Shown one piece after another: positions 34,970 through 45,813 of a stretch of DNA of 64,000 nucleotides (the first letter of the stretch is position 1; each line of letters starts with the position of its first letter). The DNA is from an uncultured Gammaproteobacteria bacterium (GTDB taxonomy: Bacteria; Patescibacteriota; Microgenomatia; JALYQM01). The translations under genes and the position numbers were made by a program. The notes beneath the pieces are model-generated. The model ran no database searches, was not told where the DNA came from, and saw only the letters and a list, made by a program, of their open reading frames with translations. The DNA lies in the NCBI GenBank assembly GCA_964525495.1, contig CAZGHS010000001.1:10863-74862 (forward strand), given 5' to 3'.

Positions 34970-36238
34970 TTAATTCGTCTTTGGTGTCGCAGAACTACTT
35001 GCTTCATGAGGTGGTTGTTCGCTCACAGTAATCCATTGTTTTATTGTGCTCTGCACGACACTCCAATCACTCGCACCAGCTTTAGGAACAAGCACATACG
35101 CTCCGTTATACACTGACCTATCCACAGGCAGTATCAGCAAGGCATCTACACCTTCCGCTGAAATCGAATGACTTTGAATTGTAGCGTCCTTCGATTTCTG
35201 GAAAAGTTTAAAAAACTCACCATATTCTACAGGTTCAATATCTGTTTCAATACTGCTGCCGAAGTTATTAAGCAACGGCCCTACCTTAGCAGGATTAAGA
35301 AGCGTTTCGCTGGATAATAATTTCTCTTTTATACCTGAAATAACTTTCTCTTGTCGACGCGAGCGTGCAAAGTCACTTCCTTCACCGTTTGTACCATGTC
35401 GTGAGCGGACAAATTTCAAGGCTGTTTTCCCATCAAGAGTCAACGGACCAGTTTTAAATGCTAATGTCTCATAACGACAAGGATACGGTTCTACATTCTC
35501 GGGAATAGGACTATTATTCGCATCAACCAATTTCTTTACAACAATCTCGCCGCTCTCGCTCGCAATTTTCTCTTCGATCTCTTTGTTTCCACACATATCT
35601 CGCTCACGACCAGATATTGGATACATGCCATCCGTGAATGCAGTATCCACAGTTATGTCTATCCCACCAAGCAAATCAATTGCTCTCTCAAAGCCACCAA
35701 AATCTACACGCAACGCATAGTGAATCGGCATACCAGTCATTCGTCCCAATTCTTCCTTAATCTGATTCAGGCCTTGTTTATCTCCCTTTTCAAAACCATA
35801 CGCATATACTGCATTCAGCTTTGAACGTGTACTTGGCACCCAAATATCTCGAGGAAACGGGATCAATACAGCATTACCATTTTTAATATTGATACTCGCA
35901 ACAATCATCGTATCAGTTAGGTACGGACCATCATGTCCTTGTCCACCAATACCAAGCAAAGCAATATTCACACGTCCATCATCATTTTTGACCTGAGGAT
36001 CTTTATTTGCGACAAATGAAACAACAGCATTAGGCGCTTTAGCCAAATCTCCGGCGGATACTTTTAATCCCGAAAGAAACGAGTAAGCATAATAACCAAC
36101 AACACCAACCAGGAATATAACCGTAGCAGTAACAATCAACCACCACTTAGGACGAATAGCCATAACCCCACTCGCAGCACGATGCTGCTTCTGAAGCTGT
36201 GCAGCTTCTTTTTTATGATCGACATTAACGTAACGCAT
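34970..36238 (-). CDS. LytR-CpsA-Psr (LCP) family transferase
   Basis: NIALLG, TDTMIV, PRD, KLNAVY, AL.FVRSRH, SDFARSRRQ. Confidence 0.92.
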   Translation of the reverse strand: MRYVNVDHKKEAAQLQKQHRAASGVMAIRPKWWLIVTATVIFLVGVVGYYAYSFLSGLKVSAGDLAKAPNAVVSFVANKDPQVKNDDGRVNIALLGIGGQGHDGPYLTDTMIVASINIKNGNAVLIPFPRDIWVPSTRSKLNAVYAYGFEKGDKQGLNQIKEELGRMTGMPIHYALRVDFGGFERAIDLLGGIDITVDTAFTDGMYPISGRERDMCGNKEIEEKIASESGEIVVKKLVDANNSPIPENVEPYPCRYETLAFKTGPLTLDGKTALKFVRSRHGTNGEGSDFARSRRQEKVISGIKEKLLSSETLLNPAKVGPLLNNFGSSIETDIEPVEYGEFFKLFQKSKDATIQSHSISAEGVDALLILPVDRSVYNGAYVLVPKAGASDWSVVQSTIKQWITVSEQPPHEASSSATPKTN

Positions 36239-36887
36239 GAAGCATCTCCATGAAACTCGAAGGATCGTTTGAAGCAGATCCAATCAATACACCCGCAATA
36301 GTCGGATGGTTCATAAAGGAAGCAATATTTGAAGAGTTAACACTTCCACCATATAATCCTTGCATATCTCCTATAGAAGGCAAAATCCCTATTCTTTCTC
36401 CTGCAGTCGCCGCATCAATTGCATTTCCAGTTCCAATCGCACTTACTGGTTCCCACGCAAAGACCTTCACTTCCTTGGGAATCACATCATGCTCATCACG
36501 AACAAGCACAATAGGCTTTATCTTACATCGGACACACTGCTCTACTTGTTTAGCAATATCTTCATTTGTTTCATTTTTCAATGACCGTCGCTCAGAGTGA
36601 CCAACCAACGCATACGCAGCGATACCTTCAAGCATAAAAGCAGCGACTTCGCCGGTATAAGCACCAAGCTCATAGAGCGACACAGTTTGAGCCCCTACTT
36701 GAATTGGATAGTGTGCATGCATAATATGCTTTGTTACTGCATCCAGAGCAACAAAGGGAGGGCACACAATTATTTCATAATCCTCAAACTCAGCAAGCTG
36801 AGGACCAACAACATCAAGCCACTCAATACAAGCATCGATATTCTTTGTGCACTTCCAGTTCGCAATAATATATTTTTTATCTGACAT
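36225..36887 (-). CDS. tpiA: triosephosphate isomerase (compact)
   Basis: ANWK, GAYTGEV, GHSERR, WEPVSAIGTG, YGGSV, LIGSAS. Confidence 0.93.
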   Translation of the reverse strand: MSDKKYIIANWKCTKNIDACIEWLDVVGPQLAEFEDYEIIVCPPFVALDAVTKHIMHAHYPIQVGAQTVSLYELGAYTGEVAAFMLEGIAAYALVGHSERRSLKNETNEDIAKQVEQCVRCKIKPIVLVRDEHDVIPKEVKVFAWEPVSAIGTGNAIDAATAGERIGILPSIGDMQGLYGGSVNSSNIASFMNHPTIAGVLIGSASNDPSSFMEMLHALR

Positions 36888-36895
36888 GGGAATAG

Positions 36896-37162
36896 TTATT
36901 TAATATATGATTCTAATTTACTCTTAAATTCAGACTTTGGTACATAGCCAATCATGCGAGCCACTTCTTGACCATCCTTCATCACAACATAAGTAGGGAT
37001 GCTCATAACTCCAAACTCAGCAGAACGCTCAGTTTCTGCATCAACGTCAATTTTTTCAAATGTCAGCTTACCTTTCAACTCTTCTTCCACTTCGTGCAAA
37101 ATTGGATCCATAGCCTTACAAGGTCCACACCAATCAGCATAAAAATCTAAAACGGTAATCAT
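36896..37162 (-). CDS. trxA: thioredoxin
   Basis: DFYADWCGPCK, SIPT. Confidence 0.93.
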   Translation of the reverse strand: MITVLDFYADWCGPCKAMDPILHEVEEELKGKLTFEKIDVDAETERSAEFGVMSIPTYVVMKDGQEVARMIGYVPKSEFKSKLESYIK

Positions 37163-37307
37163 AAAAATCCTTTCCAGCCTCACAAAAAACAAGGCCACAT
37201 CTGTCCATGCCTATACCTCTAGATTATACACTATGGCGCCATTACACAAGCTCAAAAACTCAATCAAAGTCTATACAAAGATAAAATAATCATGTATTAA
37301 TTTACTC

Positions 37308-39401
37308 ATGTCCCAACTTCTTTCCGATCTCAATCCTACCCAACAAGAAGCCGTCCAAGCCACCGATGGACCAGTACTAATTCTTGCTGGAGCTGGATCG
37401 GGAAAAACACGTGTACTTACCTATCGTACAGCATATCTCATGACCGAAAAGCATATTCCCGGCAATAATATTTTGATGGTAACCTTCACCAACAAAGCCG
37501 CCGGAGAAATGAAAGATCGCGTCAAAAAACTCCTCGCAGAATACTATCCAGTTGAAATCGAACGCATTACCCTTCCGTTTGTAGGAACGTTTCACTCATT
37601 CTGTTCACGACTGTTACGCATCGAGGGAAAACATATTGGACTTTCGCCAAACTATATGATTTATGATGCGGACGACCAGAAAACTCTGATCCGCAATATC
37701 TTAAAAGGCATGGAATTGGATCTAAAAAAAGTAAACCCAAACGCCATCCATGCAATCATCTCCCAAAGCAAAAACGAAAATATATCTGCACTCGAATACA
37801 GCCAAGTAGCCAAAGGACCCTATCAACAAGTCGTAGCTCAAGCATACGCAGAATATGAAAAAAAACTCAAAGAAACAAGTGCCCTAGATTTTGATGATCT
37901 ACTCATTTACAGCATCGAACTTTTACGAAATGTTCCAGCAGTGCTCGAAAAGTACCAAGAGATTTTTAAATATATTATGGTCGACGAGTACCAAGATACC
38001 AACCATATTCAATACACACTCACAAAATTGCTGTCAAAAAAATACCACAACATTTGTGTAGTTGGCGACATGAGCCAGTCTATATATAAATTCCGCGGAG
38101 CAGACATTCGCAACATCATGGCCTTTGAAAAAGATTATCCAACAGCCCAAACCTATGCGCTCGAAGAGAACTATCGGTCTACACAATTCATACTCGATAC
38201 AGCAACCTCGGTAATTAGTAAAAACACGGGACATAAGGTCCTCAAACTATTCACCAATAACCCCTCAGGACTACCAGTTACGCTCTACGAAGCACAAAAT
38301 GAAGTCGACGAAGCCTACTATATTCTTCGCCAGGTTTTAAACAACGAATACCTTTACAAAGATGTTGCCATACTTTATCGCACCAACGCTCAATCTCGAA
38401 CTCTTGAAGAAGCCTTTATCAAAAGCGGCATTCCTTACAAACTTATTGGTGGACTCCGTTTCTACGAACGCAAAGAGATTAAAGATTTGCTCGCGTATCT
38501 GCGAGTCTTTGTAAACCCTATCGACTCTGTGTCCATGGAACGTCTCACAAAAATAGGCAAAACTAAACTCAAAAAATTCCTAGATTTTCAAAACCAATAT
38601 CAGCAAACAGTTGAATCACTCAAAGAAGTAACACAAGCAGAAGCAGCTAAACCAAAGCCCGATGAAAATCTCCAGTTTGATTTCTCCGAAGAAGAAAAAA
38701 AAGCCGATATCGTCCCAGTAGAAACAGCACAAGAGGTCACACAAAACATTCTCGAAAACGACGTCTACTCCCCATCTCCACTCACACTACATTCCACCAT
38801 AGATATTCTAGAAAAAGTAATTGAGATCACAGATTATATCGACTATATCGACGACGGCACAGAACAAGGAGCAGGGAGAGTCGAAAACATAAAGGAATTA
38901 AAAACGGTTGCATCTCAGTATCCACATCTCGATCAATTTCTCGAAGTCGTCACACTTCTCGAAGGCCCTGAAACAATTTCCGGTCGCCACCGAGCAGAAA
39001 CCGAATTCAATGCTGTTACCATGATGACGCTTCATGCAGCCAAAGGTCTCGAGTTTAAACATGTATTTATTGTCGGATGGGAAGAAGGTCTATTCCCGCA
39101 CTCTCGAGCATTACTCGACAATAGCGAACTAGAGGAAGAGCGTCGCCTCGCCTATGTAGGTATCACACGAGCCATGCAAGATCTCTTCCTTACGTACACT
39201 ATCAACCGAAATATCTATGGCACGTCACAATCGTCTGTAATATCCCGATTCATTGCTGACATACCTGAGAGTCTACTTAAGTTCGAAAACGCCTACTCAG
39301 GAGCCTATGGCGGCTCAGGTAAGCAAAATTCATCATATAAGCAAAAAGTTCAGTTCTACGCCGATCAAATAGACAAGTTTAATGACGATATTACTTGGTG
39401 A
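37308..39401 (+). CDS. pcrA: UvrD/PcrA DNA helicase
   Basis: AGAGSGKT, TFTNKAA, VDEYQDTN, NYRST, YRTNAQSR, TLHAAKGLEF, EERRLAYVGITRA. Confidence 0.95.
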   Translation: MSQLLSDLNPTQQEAVQATDGPVLILAGAGSGKTRVLTYRTAYLMTEKHIPGNNILMVTFTNKAAGEMKDRVKKLLAEYYPVEIERITLPFVGTFHSFCSRLLRIEGKHIGLSPNYMIYDADDQKTLIRNILKGMELDLKKVNPNAIHAIISQSKNENISALEYSQVAKGPYQQVVAQAYAEYEKKLKETSALDFDDLLIYSIELLRNVPAVLEKYQEIFKYIMVDEYQDTNHIQYTLTKLLSKKYHNICVVGDMSQSIYKFRGADIRNIMAFEKDYPTAQTYALEENYRSTQFILDTATSVISKNTGHKVLKLFTNNPSGLPVTLYEAQNEVDEAYYILRQVLNNEYLYKDVAILYRTNAQSRTLEEAFIKSGIPYKLIGGLRFYERKEIKDLLAYLRVFVNPIDSVSMERLTKIGKTKLKKFLDFQNQYQQTVESLKEVTQAEAAKPKPDENLQFDFSEEEKKADIVPVETAQEVTQNILENDVYSPSPLTLHSTIDILEKVIEITDYIDYIDDGTEQGAGRVENIKELKTVASQYPHLDQFLEVVTLLEGPETISGRHRAETEFNAVTMMTLHAAKGLEFKHVFIVGWEEGLFPHSRALLDNSELEEERRLAYVGITRAMQDLFLTYTINRNIYGTSQSSVISRFIADIPESLLKFENAYSGAYGGSGKQNSSYKQKVQFYADQIDKFNDDITW

Positions 39402-39781
39402 AGATATACATCCACACCATCTAACTTCTTAATTTCTTCTACAGTAAACCAACCAAATGTATCATGCTCTTCTGGGTCAAGTTGTACATCGCCACGAATA
39501 CTCCCTATATAGGTAAGCCTAACGACATGCTTACCAGGCACTTTTAATATATCTTGTGCTGCAATTAATTTAGGTGCATCAACAAGATCGAGTTTAACTT
39601 CTTCCCGAATCTCACGTCTCAAATTCTCGATCAACGGTGTTCCTGGAGTAATTCTACCTCCAATAATGTCCCACAAATTAGTTATATCCGGATATTTCTC
39701 TTGAATACGATGCAAAAGTAAATACTTACCATCCTGATTCTTCAACAAAACCTTCACGCCAACCTGCAATTGAATATCCAT
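39365..39781 (-). CDS. NUDIX hydrolase
   Basis: GGRI.PG....NLRREIREE, EH..F.W. Confidence 0.85.
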   Translation of the reverse strand: MDIQLQVGVKVLLKNQDGKYLLLHRIQEKYPDITNLWDIIGGRITPGTPLIENLRREIREEVKLDLVDAPKLIAAQDILKVPGKHVVRLTYIGSIRGDVQLDPEEHDTFGWFTVEEIKKLDGVDVYLHQVISSLNLSI

Positions 39782-39794
39782 AGTAGTAGTATAC

Positions 39795-39824
39795 AAAAAA
39801 GGGCAAAGATCACTCTTCACCCTT
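39795..39824 (-). terminator. intrinsic terminator after rny
   Basis: AAGGGTGAAGA-GTGA-TCTTTGCCCTT followed by a T run. Confidence 0.7.
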
Positions 39825-39845
39825 CTAGTTAATTTCAAATTAAAT

Positions 39846-41414
39846 TTATCTCGCTGTCGCTACTGCCCTAGTTTCTCGTATTACAGTAACCTTTATCTGA
39901 CCAGGGAAGTTCTTCAAGCGTACTTCCAATTCTTTAGCTATTTTCTTGGACAGCATTACCGCTTCGGAATCATCAACATGTGATGACTTCACAAGCACAC
40001 GCAACTCACGTCCAGCCTGCACTGCAAATACTCGATCAACCTTATCTTTACCCGCAATATCGTAAACAGTATCTTCTTCCATTCGCAATCGATCTATATA
40101 TTCCTGAACGCTCTCATGTCGCGCTCCAGGGCGTGATCCAGAAATCGCATCAGCGATATAAACGATCATAGATTCAACTGATGAAAACGGTTCATCCTCA
40201 TGGTGTTCAGCCACCGCACGAATAACTTTTTCTGGAAACCGGTGCTGCTTCAGCAATTTCACACCAAGTTCAATATGTGTACCTTCTTCGTCCTGAATAA
40301 TCTTTCCAATATCATGGAAGAGACAGGCCAGCTTCACAATATCAACGTCAGCCCCAACCTCTTTTGCGATCGCAACACCAATCTTGGTTTCTTCTAGTGT
40401 ATGCGTAATCATGCTCTGACCATATGAGAATCTATGCTTAAATCGTCCAAGCATATCCACCATTTCAAACGGCAAATTATATACACCCACAGATGCACAC
40501 AATTTCTCTCCCTCTTCACGCATCAGTTTCTCTTCTTCTTTACGAGTTTTCTCTACAATCTCCTCAATCTTAATTGGCTGAATACGTCCATCAGCCATCA
40601 AACGCTCAAGTGATTTCTTCGCAATCGCACGTCGCACGCTATCAAAGCTAGATAGCAATATTTCACCGGGAGTTTCATCAATCTCAACATCAACACCTGT
40701 AGCCATTTCAAACGCACGGATATTTCGTCCTTCTTTACCAATGATTCTTCCCTTCATATCCTCATCCATTAGCTTGACTCGCGTCGCAGTATACTCTGGA
40801 ACATAGTCGGTAGCTCCATGAAGCATTGCGGTCACTACAATATCTTTTGCCTTCTCTTCTGCTGTTATTTTCGCTTCAGTCTCAGCTTCACGTACCTTCT
40901 TCGCAATCTCATCCTTCAAGCTCTTCTCAGTAGCTTCCATGATAATTGCCTTTGCCTCGTCTCGTGTCATCTGTGCAGCTCGCTCGAGCTTTGCTAAAGC
41001 CTCAGCCTTAACTTTCTCAACATCCGCTACTTTTGCATCCAAGTCAGTCTGCTTATTGATCAAGTTCCCTTCGCGAGTTTCTACAGCACTGAGCTTCTTA
41101 TCCAAAGATTCCTCTTTTTGCTGCAATCGTGATTCGAGAGCTAAAAAGTCCTTTCGAGCTTGTCGGATCTCTTCTTCAGCTGTTTTCTTGATCTTGTAAG
41201 CTTCATCCTTTGCTTCAAGAACAATCTCTCGAGCCTTCTGAGTAGCTTCCGTTATAGCATGGTCATTAGTAATAGCTGACTGCTGAACAGGAGCAGTTTG
41301 AGCTGATTCAACAGGCTGTTCGGTCGGAGCACTCTTTCGGTTCTTTTCGCGATATACGACAAAACCGATCGCTCCAGCCAACCCAACACCCAAAATGAGG
41401 GTTAGTAAATCCAT
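39846..41414 (-). CDS. rny: ribonuclease Y
   Basis: N-terminal TM, coiled coil, KH (KGRIIGKEGRNIR), HD (HDIGK), ADAISGSRPGAR. Confidence 0.97.
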   Translation of the reverse strand: MDLLTLILGVGLAGAIGFVVYREKNRKSAPTEQPVESAQTAPVQQSAITNDHAITEATQKAREIVLEAKDEAYKIKKTAEEEIRQARKDFLALESRLQQKEESLDKKLSAVETREGNLINKQTDLDAKVADVEKVKAEALAKLERAAQMTRDEAKAIIMEATEKSLKDEIAKKVREAETEAKITAEEKAKDIVVTAMLHGATDYVPEYTATRVKLMDEDMKGRIIGKEGRNIRAFEMATGVDVEIDETPGEILLSSFDSVRRAIAKKSLERLMADGRIQPIKIEEIVEKTRKEEEKLMREEGEKLCASVGVYNLPFEMVDMLGRFKHRFSYGQSMITHTLEETKIGVAIAKEVGADVDIVKLACLFHDIGKIIQDEEGTHIELGVKLLKQHRFPEKVIRAVAEHHEDEPFSSVESMIVYIADAISGSRPGARHESVQEYIDRLRMEEDTVYDIAGKDKVDRVFAVQAGRELRVLVKSSHVDDSEAVMLSKKIAKELEVRLKNFPGQIKVTVIRETRAVATAR

Positions 41415-41444
41415 ATAATCCTTTCAGTGTGGATGAAGAGATAC

Positions 41445-41610
41445 AAAAAAGCACACTATATGTGCGCTTACGATGAAATAACATGATCTATAGATCTTTT
41501 AAGCTCAAATCCCAGGTTTGAATATGTAAAACTCATGTCAAAATATTTCATTACGAGAACCTCTTAAACCACCGATATAACAAATTGAACAATAAATATG
41601 ATCGTTTTAA
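41445..41610 (-). ncRNA. structured RNA between recX and rny; 6S RNA candidate ending in a terminator
   Basis: Extended imperfect pairings (GTTCAA/TTGAGC, GGTTT/AAACC; alternatively ATGAAATA..ACATGA/TCATGT..TATTTCAT) and terminator GCGCACA-TATA-GTGTGC-T6; ssrS-rny synteny is known in several phyla. Confidence 0.4.
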
Positions 41611-41631
41611 TTACAAACGTCTAAGTGTATT

Positions 41632-42171
41632 TTAGCGCCTTGACAAAAGCTCGTCAACGACTCGCTTAATAAGAGGTAGTTCAAACCCTTTTCGACCTAA
41701 AGACATAGACAACTTGTACCTCGCTTCTTTGATCTCGAGGTGTTCATATTTCCTTAAATTCTTTTCACCTAATTTAAGAGCAGAGCGAAAAAGAACTCCC
41801 TCGCTCTGCTCAGAACTAGCATTTTCATCAGCTATAATTTCTTCAAACATCTCGTCTATTAACTCTTTATCAATACCTTTTTGCAAAAGCTCCATCGCTA
41901 TTAATACTTTTCCCCGCGGCTTGGAACGAAGTCTACTTGAAATCCATTCTCGAGCGAAATTACGATCGTTCAGAAAACTCTCACGCTTTAACTGAGCAAC
42001 AACACGATCCTCTATTACCAACCAGTTCACCTCACTCGCATCTCCAAGATGACGCTGCTCTTGCTTGATCCACTCTTGAAGCTTGGTCCGAATCTCTTTT
42101 TCACTGCGCATTCGTATTCCCAAAAAACGTAGACAACTTTTATATAGCTTTTTGAACAACAATTCATCCAT
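41632..42171 (-). CDS. recX: RecX regulatory protein
   Basis: R.RSEKE...KL, LND..FA, G...I..EL.QKGI, L.RKGF; downstream of recA. Confidence 0.9.
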   Translation of the reverse strand: MDELLFKKLYKSCLRFLGIRMRSEKEIRTKLQEWIKQEQRHLGDASEVNWLVIEDRVVAQLKRESFLNDRNFAREWISSRLRSKPRGKVLIAMELLQKGIDKELIDEMFEEIIADENASSEQSEGVLFRSALKLGEKNLRKYEHLEIKEARYKLSMSLGRKGFELPLIKRVVDELLSRR

Positions 42172-42179
42172 AATAAGTA

Positions 42180-43301
42180 TTATGCTTCTGCCGACTCACC
42201 TTCTGCACCATCCTCATTATCTTCCTGTCCCACGACCATCTCAGCTCCTTTACCTTCCTGCTTTTTCCATTCCACAATAATCTGATCATAAATTTTCTGA
42301 CACAATGCAGGATCAGCCTTCAAGGTCTCTTTTGCAGCCTCTCTACCTTGTCCAAGTAAAGCGCCTTCATATTTATTAAACGATCCCGACTTTTGAATGA
42401 CATTTAGCTCAATACCTACATCAAGCAAGCCGCCTTCATAAGATATGCCTTGCTCATCCATATCAAACTCTGCAACACGGAAAGGTGGTGCTACTTTATT
42501 TTTAACAACTTTTACTCTATGACGAGAACCAATTACCCGATCCCCTGGTCCTTTTATATTCTCAATTTTACGAATATCCATACGAACAGATGCATAAAAT
42601 TTTAGAGCCATACCACCAGTGGTTGTCTCAGGATTACCAAACATCACACCTATCTTTTGGCGTAACTGATTAGTAAAAATCATAATTGTTTTGGATCGAT
42701 TAATAACGGCAGTTAATTTACGCAAAGCTTGGGACATTAAACGTGCCTGTACTCCCATGGTCGCATCACCCATCTCACCTTCAATTTCGCTTCGTGGCAC
42801 AAGTGCAGCAACTGAATCAATAATAAGAACATCAACCCCACCTGACCGAATCAAAGTTTCTGCAATCTCTAACGCTTGTTCACCTGTATCTGGCTGAGAG
42901 ATCAAAAGATTATCAAGATCAACACCGATATTTTGTGCACGTACAGGATCCAAAGCATGTTCAGCGTCAATAAAGGCAACCGTACCTCCTCGTTTCTGTG
43001 ATTCAGCGAGAATATGCAAACAAACAGTTGTTTTACCTGAAGCCTCAGGGCCATAAATTTCAATAATTCTTCCTTTAGGAATACCACCAACTCCCAATGC
43101 CAAATCCAAAGCAATAGACCCTGTCGGAATTACTTCAACTTGCATGGCTTGTTGCTCACCAAGTTTCATAATCGAACCCTTACCATATGATTTTTCAATC
43201 TGTTGCATTGCACTCATCAAAGCTTGCATCTTGGCCGCTTGATTCGATTCTCCAGATAAATTTTCTACAGGGGTATCTGCTTTCGCAGCTGCTTTTGCCA
43301 T
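42180..43301 (-). CDS. recA: recombinase A
   Basis: [42 protein letters not shown]. Confidence 0.99.
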   Translation of the reverse strand: MAKAAAKADTPVENLSGESNQAAKMQALMSAMQQIEKSYGKGSIMKLGEQQAMQVEVIPTGSIALDLALGVGGIPKGRIIEIYGPEASGKTTVCLHILAESQKRGGTVAFIDAEHALDPVRAQNIGVDLDNLLISQPDTGEQALEIAETLIRSGGVDVLIIDSVAALVPRSEIEGEMGDATMGVQARLMSQALRKLTAVINRSKTIMIFTNQLRQKIGVMFGNPETTTGGMALKFYASVRMDIRKIENIKGPGDRVIGSRHRVKVVKNKVAPPFRVAEFDMDEQGISYEGGLLDVGIELNVIQKSGSFNKYEGALLGQGREAAKETLKADPALCQKIYDQIIVEWKKQEGKGAEMVVGQEDNEDGAEGESAEA

Positions 43302-43399
43302 ATCGCGATCCTTTCTTCCCTCGTCATAAAATTGGCGAGTTAAAACAGTAAATATAACTCGAGACTACCCGAACAATACCCAAAATACAAGAGGAGAAA

Positions 43400-43732
43400 T
43401 TAGTGATTAAGAAGATCAATTTTTACAGCCATCACAAAATCATTTATAGACAACCCACTAATAGCATGAGTTGTTAACGTAAATCGGACTTTATTCCAAT
43501 CATGGATATATATATCTGGATGATGTCCCTCTTTTTCTGCCACCTTAGCGACTTTATTAACAAATTCCAGTACGTCTTTAAAATTCTCAAAACGAAATTC
43601 TCGCAATAACTGAACATCATCAATAACTTGCCAGTCTTTAACCTGCTCTAAGTACTTTTCAAATTCTTCCCGCTTTAAGGGTTCAATATCGCCTTCACAA
43701 GGAACACATTTTTTATCTTTCAACAGAGACAT
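43400..43732 (-). CDS. pterin-4-alpha-carbinolamine dehydratase
   Basis: CVPCEG, AE.EGHHPDI, TH.I.GLS.NDF.MA.KID. Confidence 0.92.
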   Translation of the reverse strand: MSLLKDKKCVPCEGDIEPLKREEFEKYLEQVKDWQVIDDVQLLREFRFENFKDVLEFVNKVAKVAEKEGHHPDIYIHDWNKVRFTLTTHAISGLSINDFVMAVKIDLLNH

Positions 43733-43746
43733 ATAAAAAGTATAAC

Positions 43747-44421
43747 TTATTTTCGTGCAATAATATAAACAGGAACAGTATGTGGCGGAAGTTTCATCGA
43801 AAACATATTTCTATAAAACAAATCATCTAACTGTTCTGCCGAGGCAAAACCATTCTCTCTCATAATTCCAGCTAACGTCTTAGCGCTGGTTATCTGACCC
43901 ACGCCATTTTTCATTTTCCACATTACTGTATCAGCAGGAAAAATCGGCCACAGAAAAACTCCTCCTGGTTTCAATACTCGCTTTACTTCGTCGAGCATTA
44001 CATACAGTCCATCCTTTTTTATATATCGATTTGCCCAGACACTCGTCACACCATCAAACGAATTTGCCGCAAAAGGTAACGGCTTATTGAAATCACATAT
44101 TACTCGCTCTATATGCTGATTCTGTAAACGAATATGCTCCAGCACTGTTTCATTTATATCTCCAGCGCACACTTTATATCCACGCTTATACAATTCTCGT
44201 GAAATGATTCCAGTACCTGCACCCAAATCCAAAATATAGGGGTGCGCATCATGAACAGGAACATTGACTTCAAATAAATCAGCAATATGCCGTCCCAATA
44301 ATCCTCTACCCCAAAAAGTTCGAACTAAAGCTTCATACGCTTGCGCGTCCTTATAATTATCATGAAAGACAATTCCATGTGCTTCACGAAACAATCGACC
44401 AAATTTATGCAAGAGACCCAT
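43747..44421 (-). CDS. class I SAM-dependent methyltransferase
   Basis: LDLGAGTG, LPF..NSFD, RVLKPGG. Confidence 0.88.
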   Translation of the reverse strand: MGLLHKFGRLFREAHGIVFHDNYKDAQAYEALVRTFWGRGLLGRHIADLFEVNVPVHDAHPYILDLGAGTGIISRELYKRGYKVCAGDINETVLEHIRLQNQHIERVICDFNKPLPFAANSFDGVTSVWANRYIKKDGLYVMLDEVKRVLKPGGVFLWPIFPADTVMWKMKNGVGQITSAKTLAGIMRENGFASAEQLDDLFYRNMFSMKLPPHTVPVYIIARK

Positions 44422-44493
44422 ATAGGAATAATACCAAACTCTATTGACAAAGGGAATTCATCTCTTCTACAGTACTAGATAAGGGGACCCTTT

Positions 44494-45804
44494 ATGGATC
44501 AAACAACAAAAACGCCGCTTGCTACACCAACAGAAACACCAATTACTCAAACTCAAAAAGAATCAACTCTGAATTCAGTACAACCTGAAAAAAAATCTTA
44601 TTTAGTGCTAGGAATTGCTCTTGTTGTTGGTGGATTGGCAGTAGGAATCCTCGGAGGTTGGGCACTCACCAGTTTCACTTCAAATCAACAGATCACAACT
44701 ACATCGGCAAATCAGTCACAGGAATCTACACTATCAGGTGATCCATTTGTAATAGGCATGATCGTACCATTAACAGGTGACGGTGCATCATATGGAACAA
44801 ACGCCAAAGAGATTGCGCTCATGACAGAAAAAGAGCTCAATAACAAGGATGGCATTGGCGGGCGCCCTATCAAGTTCATTTTTGAAGATGGTCAATGCAT
44901 GGGCGACAATGCTAAAAATTCCGCTACCAAATTAATAAACGAGGATAAAGTAGATCTTCTTTACGCAGGTGAATGTTCAGATGAAGTATTAGCGGCAGCA
45001 CCGATTGCTCAGGAGAAAAAAATCATTTCGATATCTACAGGCGCAACGAATCCAAAAGTAAGTGAGCTCGGTAAATATGTGTTTAGAACTGCCCTTTCCG
45101 ATGAAGTTGGAGGTCGTGTGGCAGCTAAGTATGCGCTAGACAAGATGAATTCTAAAACTGCAGCAATAATAGTAGAAAATACAAGCTATGCGCTTGGACT
45201 AAGAGATGTTTTTAATGAAGAATTCACCAAACTAGGTGGAAAAGTTTTATATAGTACAGTGTTTGAAACAGGTGAAACAGATTTCGTTACAACAGCCGAA
45301 GCGGTAGCAAAGGCAAATCCAGATCTCGTATATATTATTCCCCAAACCCCTATTCCAGGAGTTCTGGCTATTAAAGCAATCCGCGAGAAGCAACCAAAAG
45401 TCGCGTTCTTAACTGCAGAAGTATTACTCGCCCGCGATGAAATTGAAAAGCACGGAAAAATCCTCGAAGGCCTCATCGGAATGGAAGCCTACTTCGATGC
45501 TGAAAGCGAAGGATATAAACAACTCAAAGACAAATTTGTAAAAGAGTATGGTCGAGACGTCGCGTATCCTACAGACTTAGTTGAAATTCATGATTTTATT
45601 TACCTCTACAAAGCAGCCTATGAATCAGTAGGATCAAACGATACAGACAAGATATCAGAATATATGTACAGCCTAAAAGACTGGAAAGGCACGGCAAGCA
45701 ATCTAACATTTAACAAACAAGGCGATATTATTTCTAAGAAATACGGTATCTATAAAATTACAAATAATACAGCGAACTTGATTGAAACCTACGCTACACA
45801 ATAG
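44494..45804 (+). CDS. membrane-anchored LivJ/LivK-like substrate-binding protein
   Basis: TM, IG.IVPLTGDGASYG, IGGRPI, ED.QC, YVFRT..SD, F.KQGD. Confidence 0.88.
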   Translation: MDQTTKTPLATPTETPITQTQKESTLNSVQPEKKSYLVLGIALVVGGLAVGILGGWALTSFTSNQQITTTSANQSQESTLSGDPFVIGMIVPLTGDGASYGTNAKEIALMTEKELNNKDGIGGRPIKFIFEDGQCMGDNAKNSATKLINEDKVDLLYAGECSDEVLAAAPIAQEKKIISISTGATNPKVSELGKYVFRTALSDEVGGRVAAKYALDKMNSKTAAIIVENTSYALGLRDVFNEEFTKLGGKVLYSTVFETGETDFVTTAEAVAKANPDLVYIIPQTPIPGVLAIKAIREKQPKVAFLTAEVLLARDEIEKHGKILEGLIGMEAYFDAESEGYKQLKDKFVKEYGRDVAYPTDLVEIHDFIYLYKAAYESVGSNDTDKISEYMYSLKDWKGTASNLTFNKQGDIISKKYGIYKITNNTANLIETYATQ

Positions 45805-45813
45805 AATCATGAC

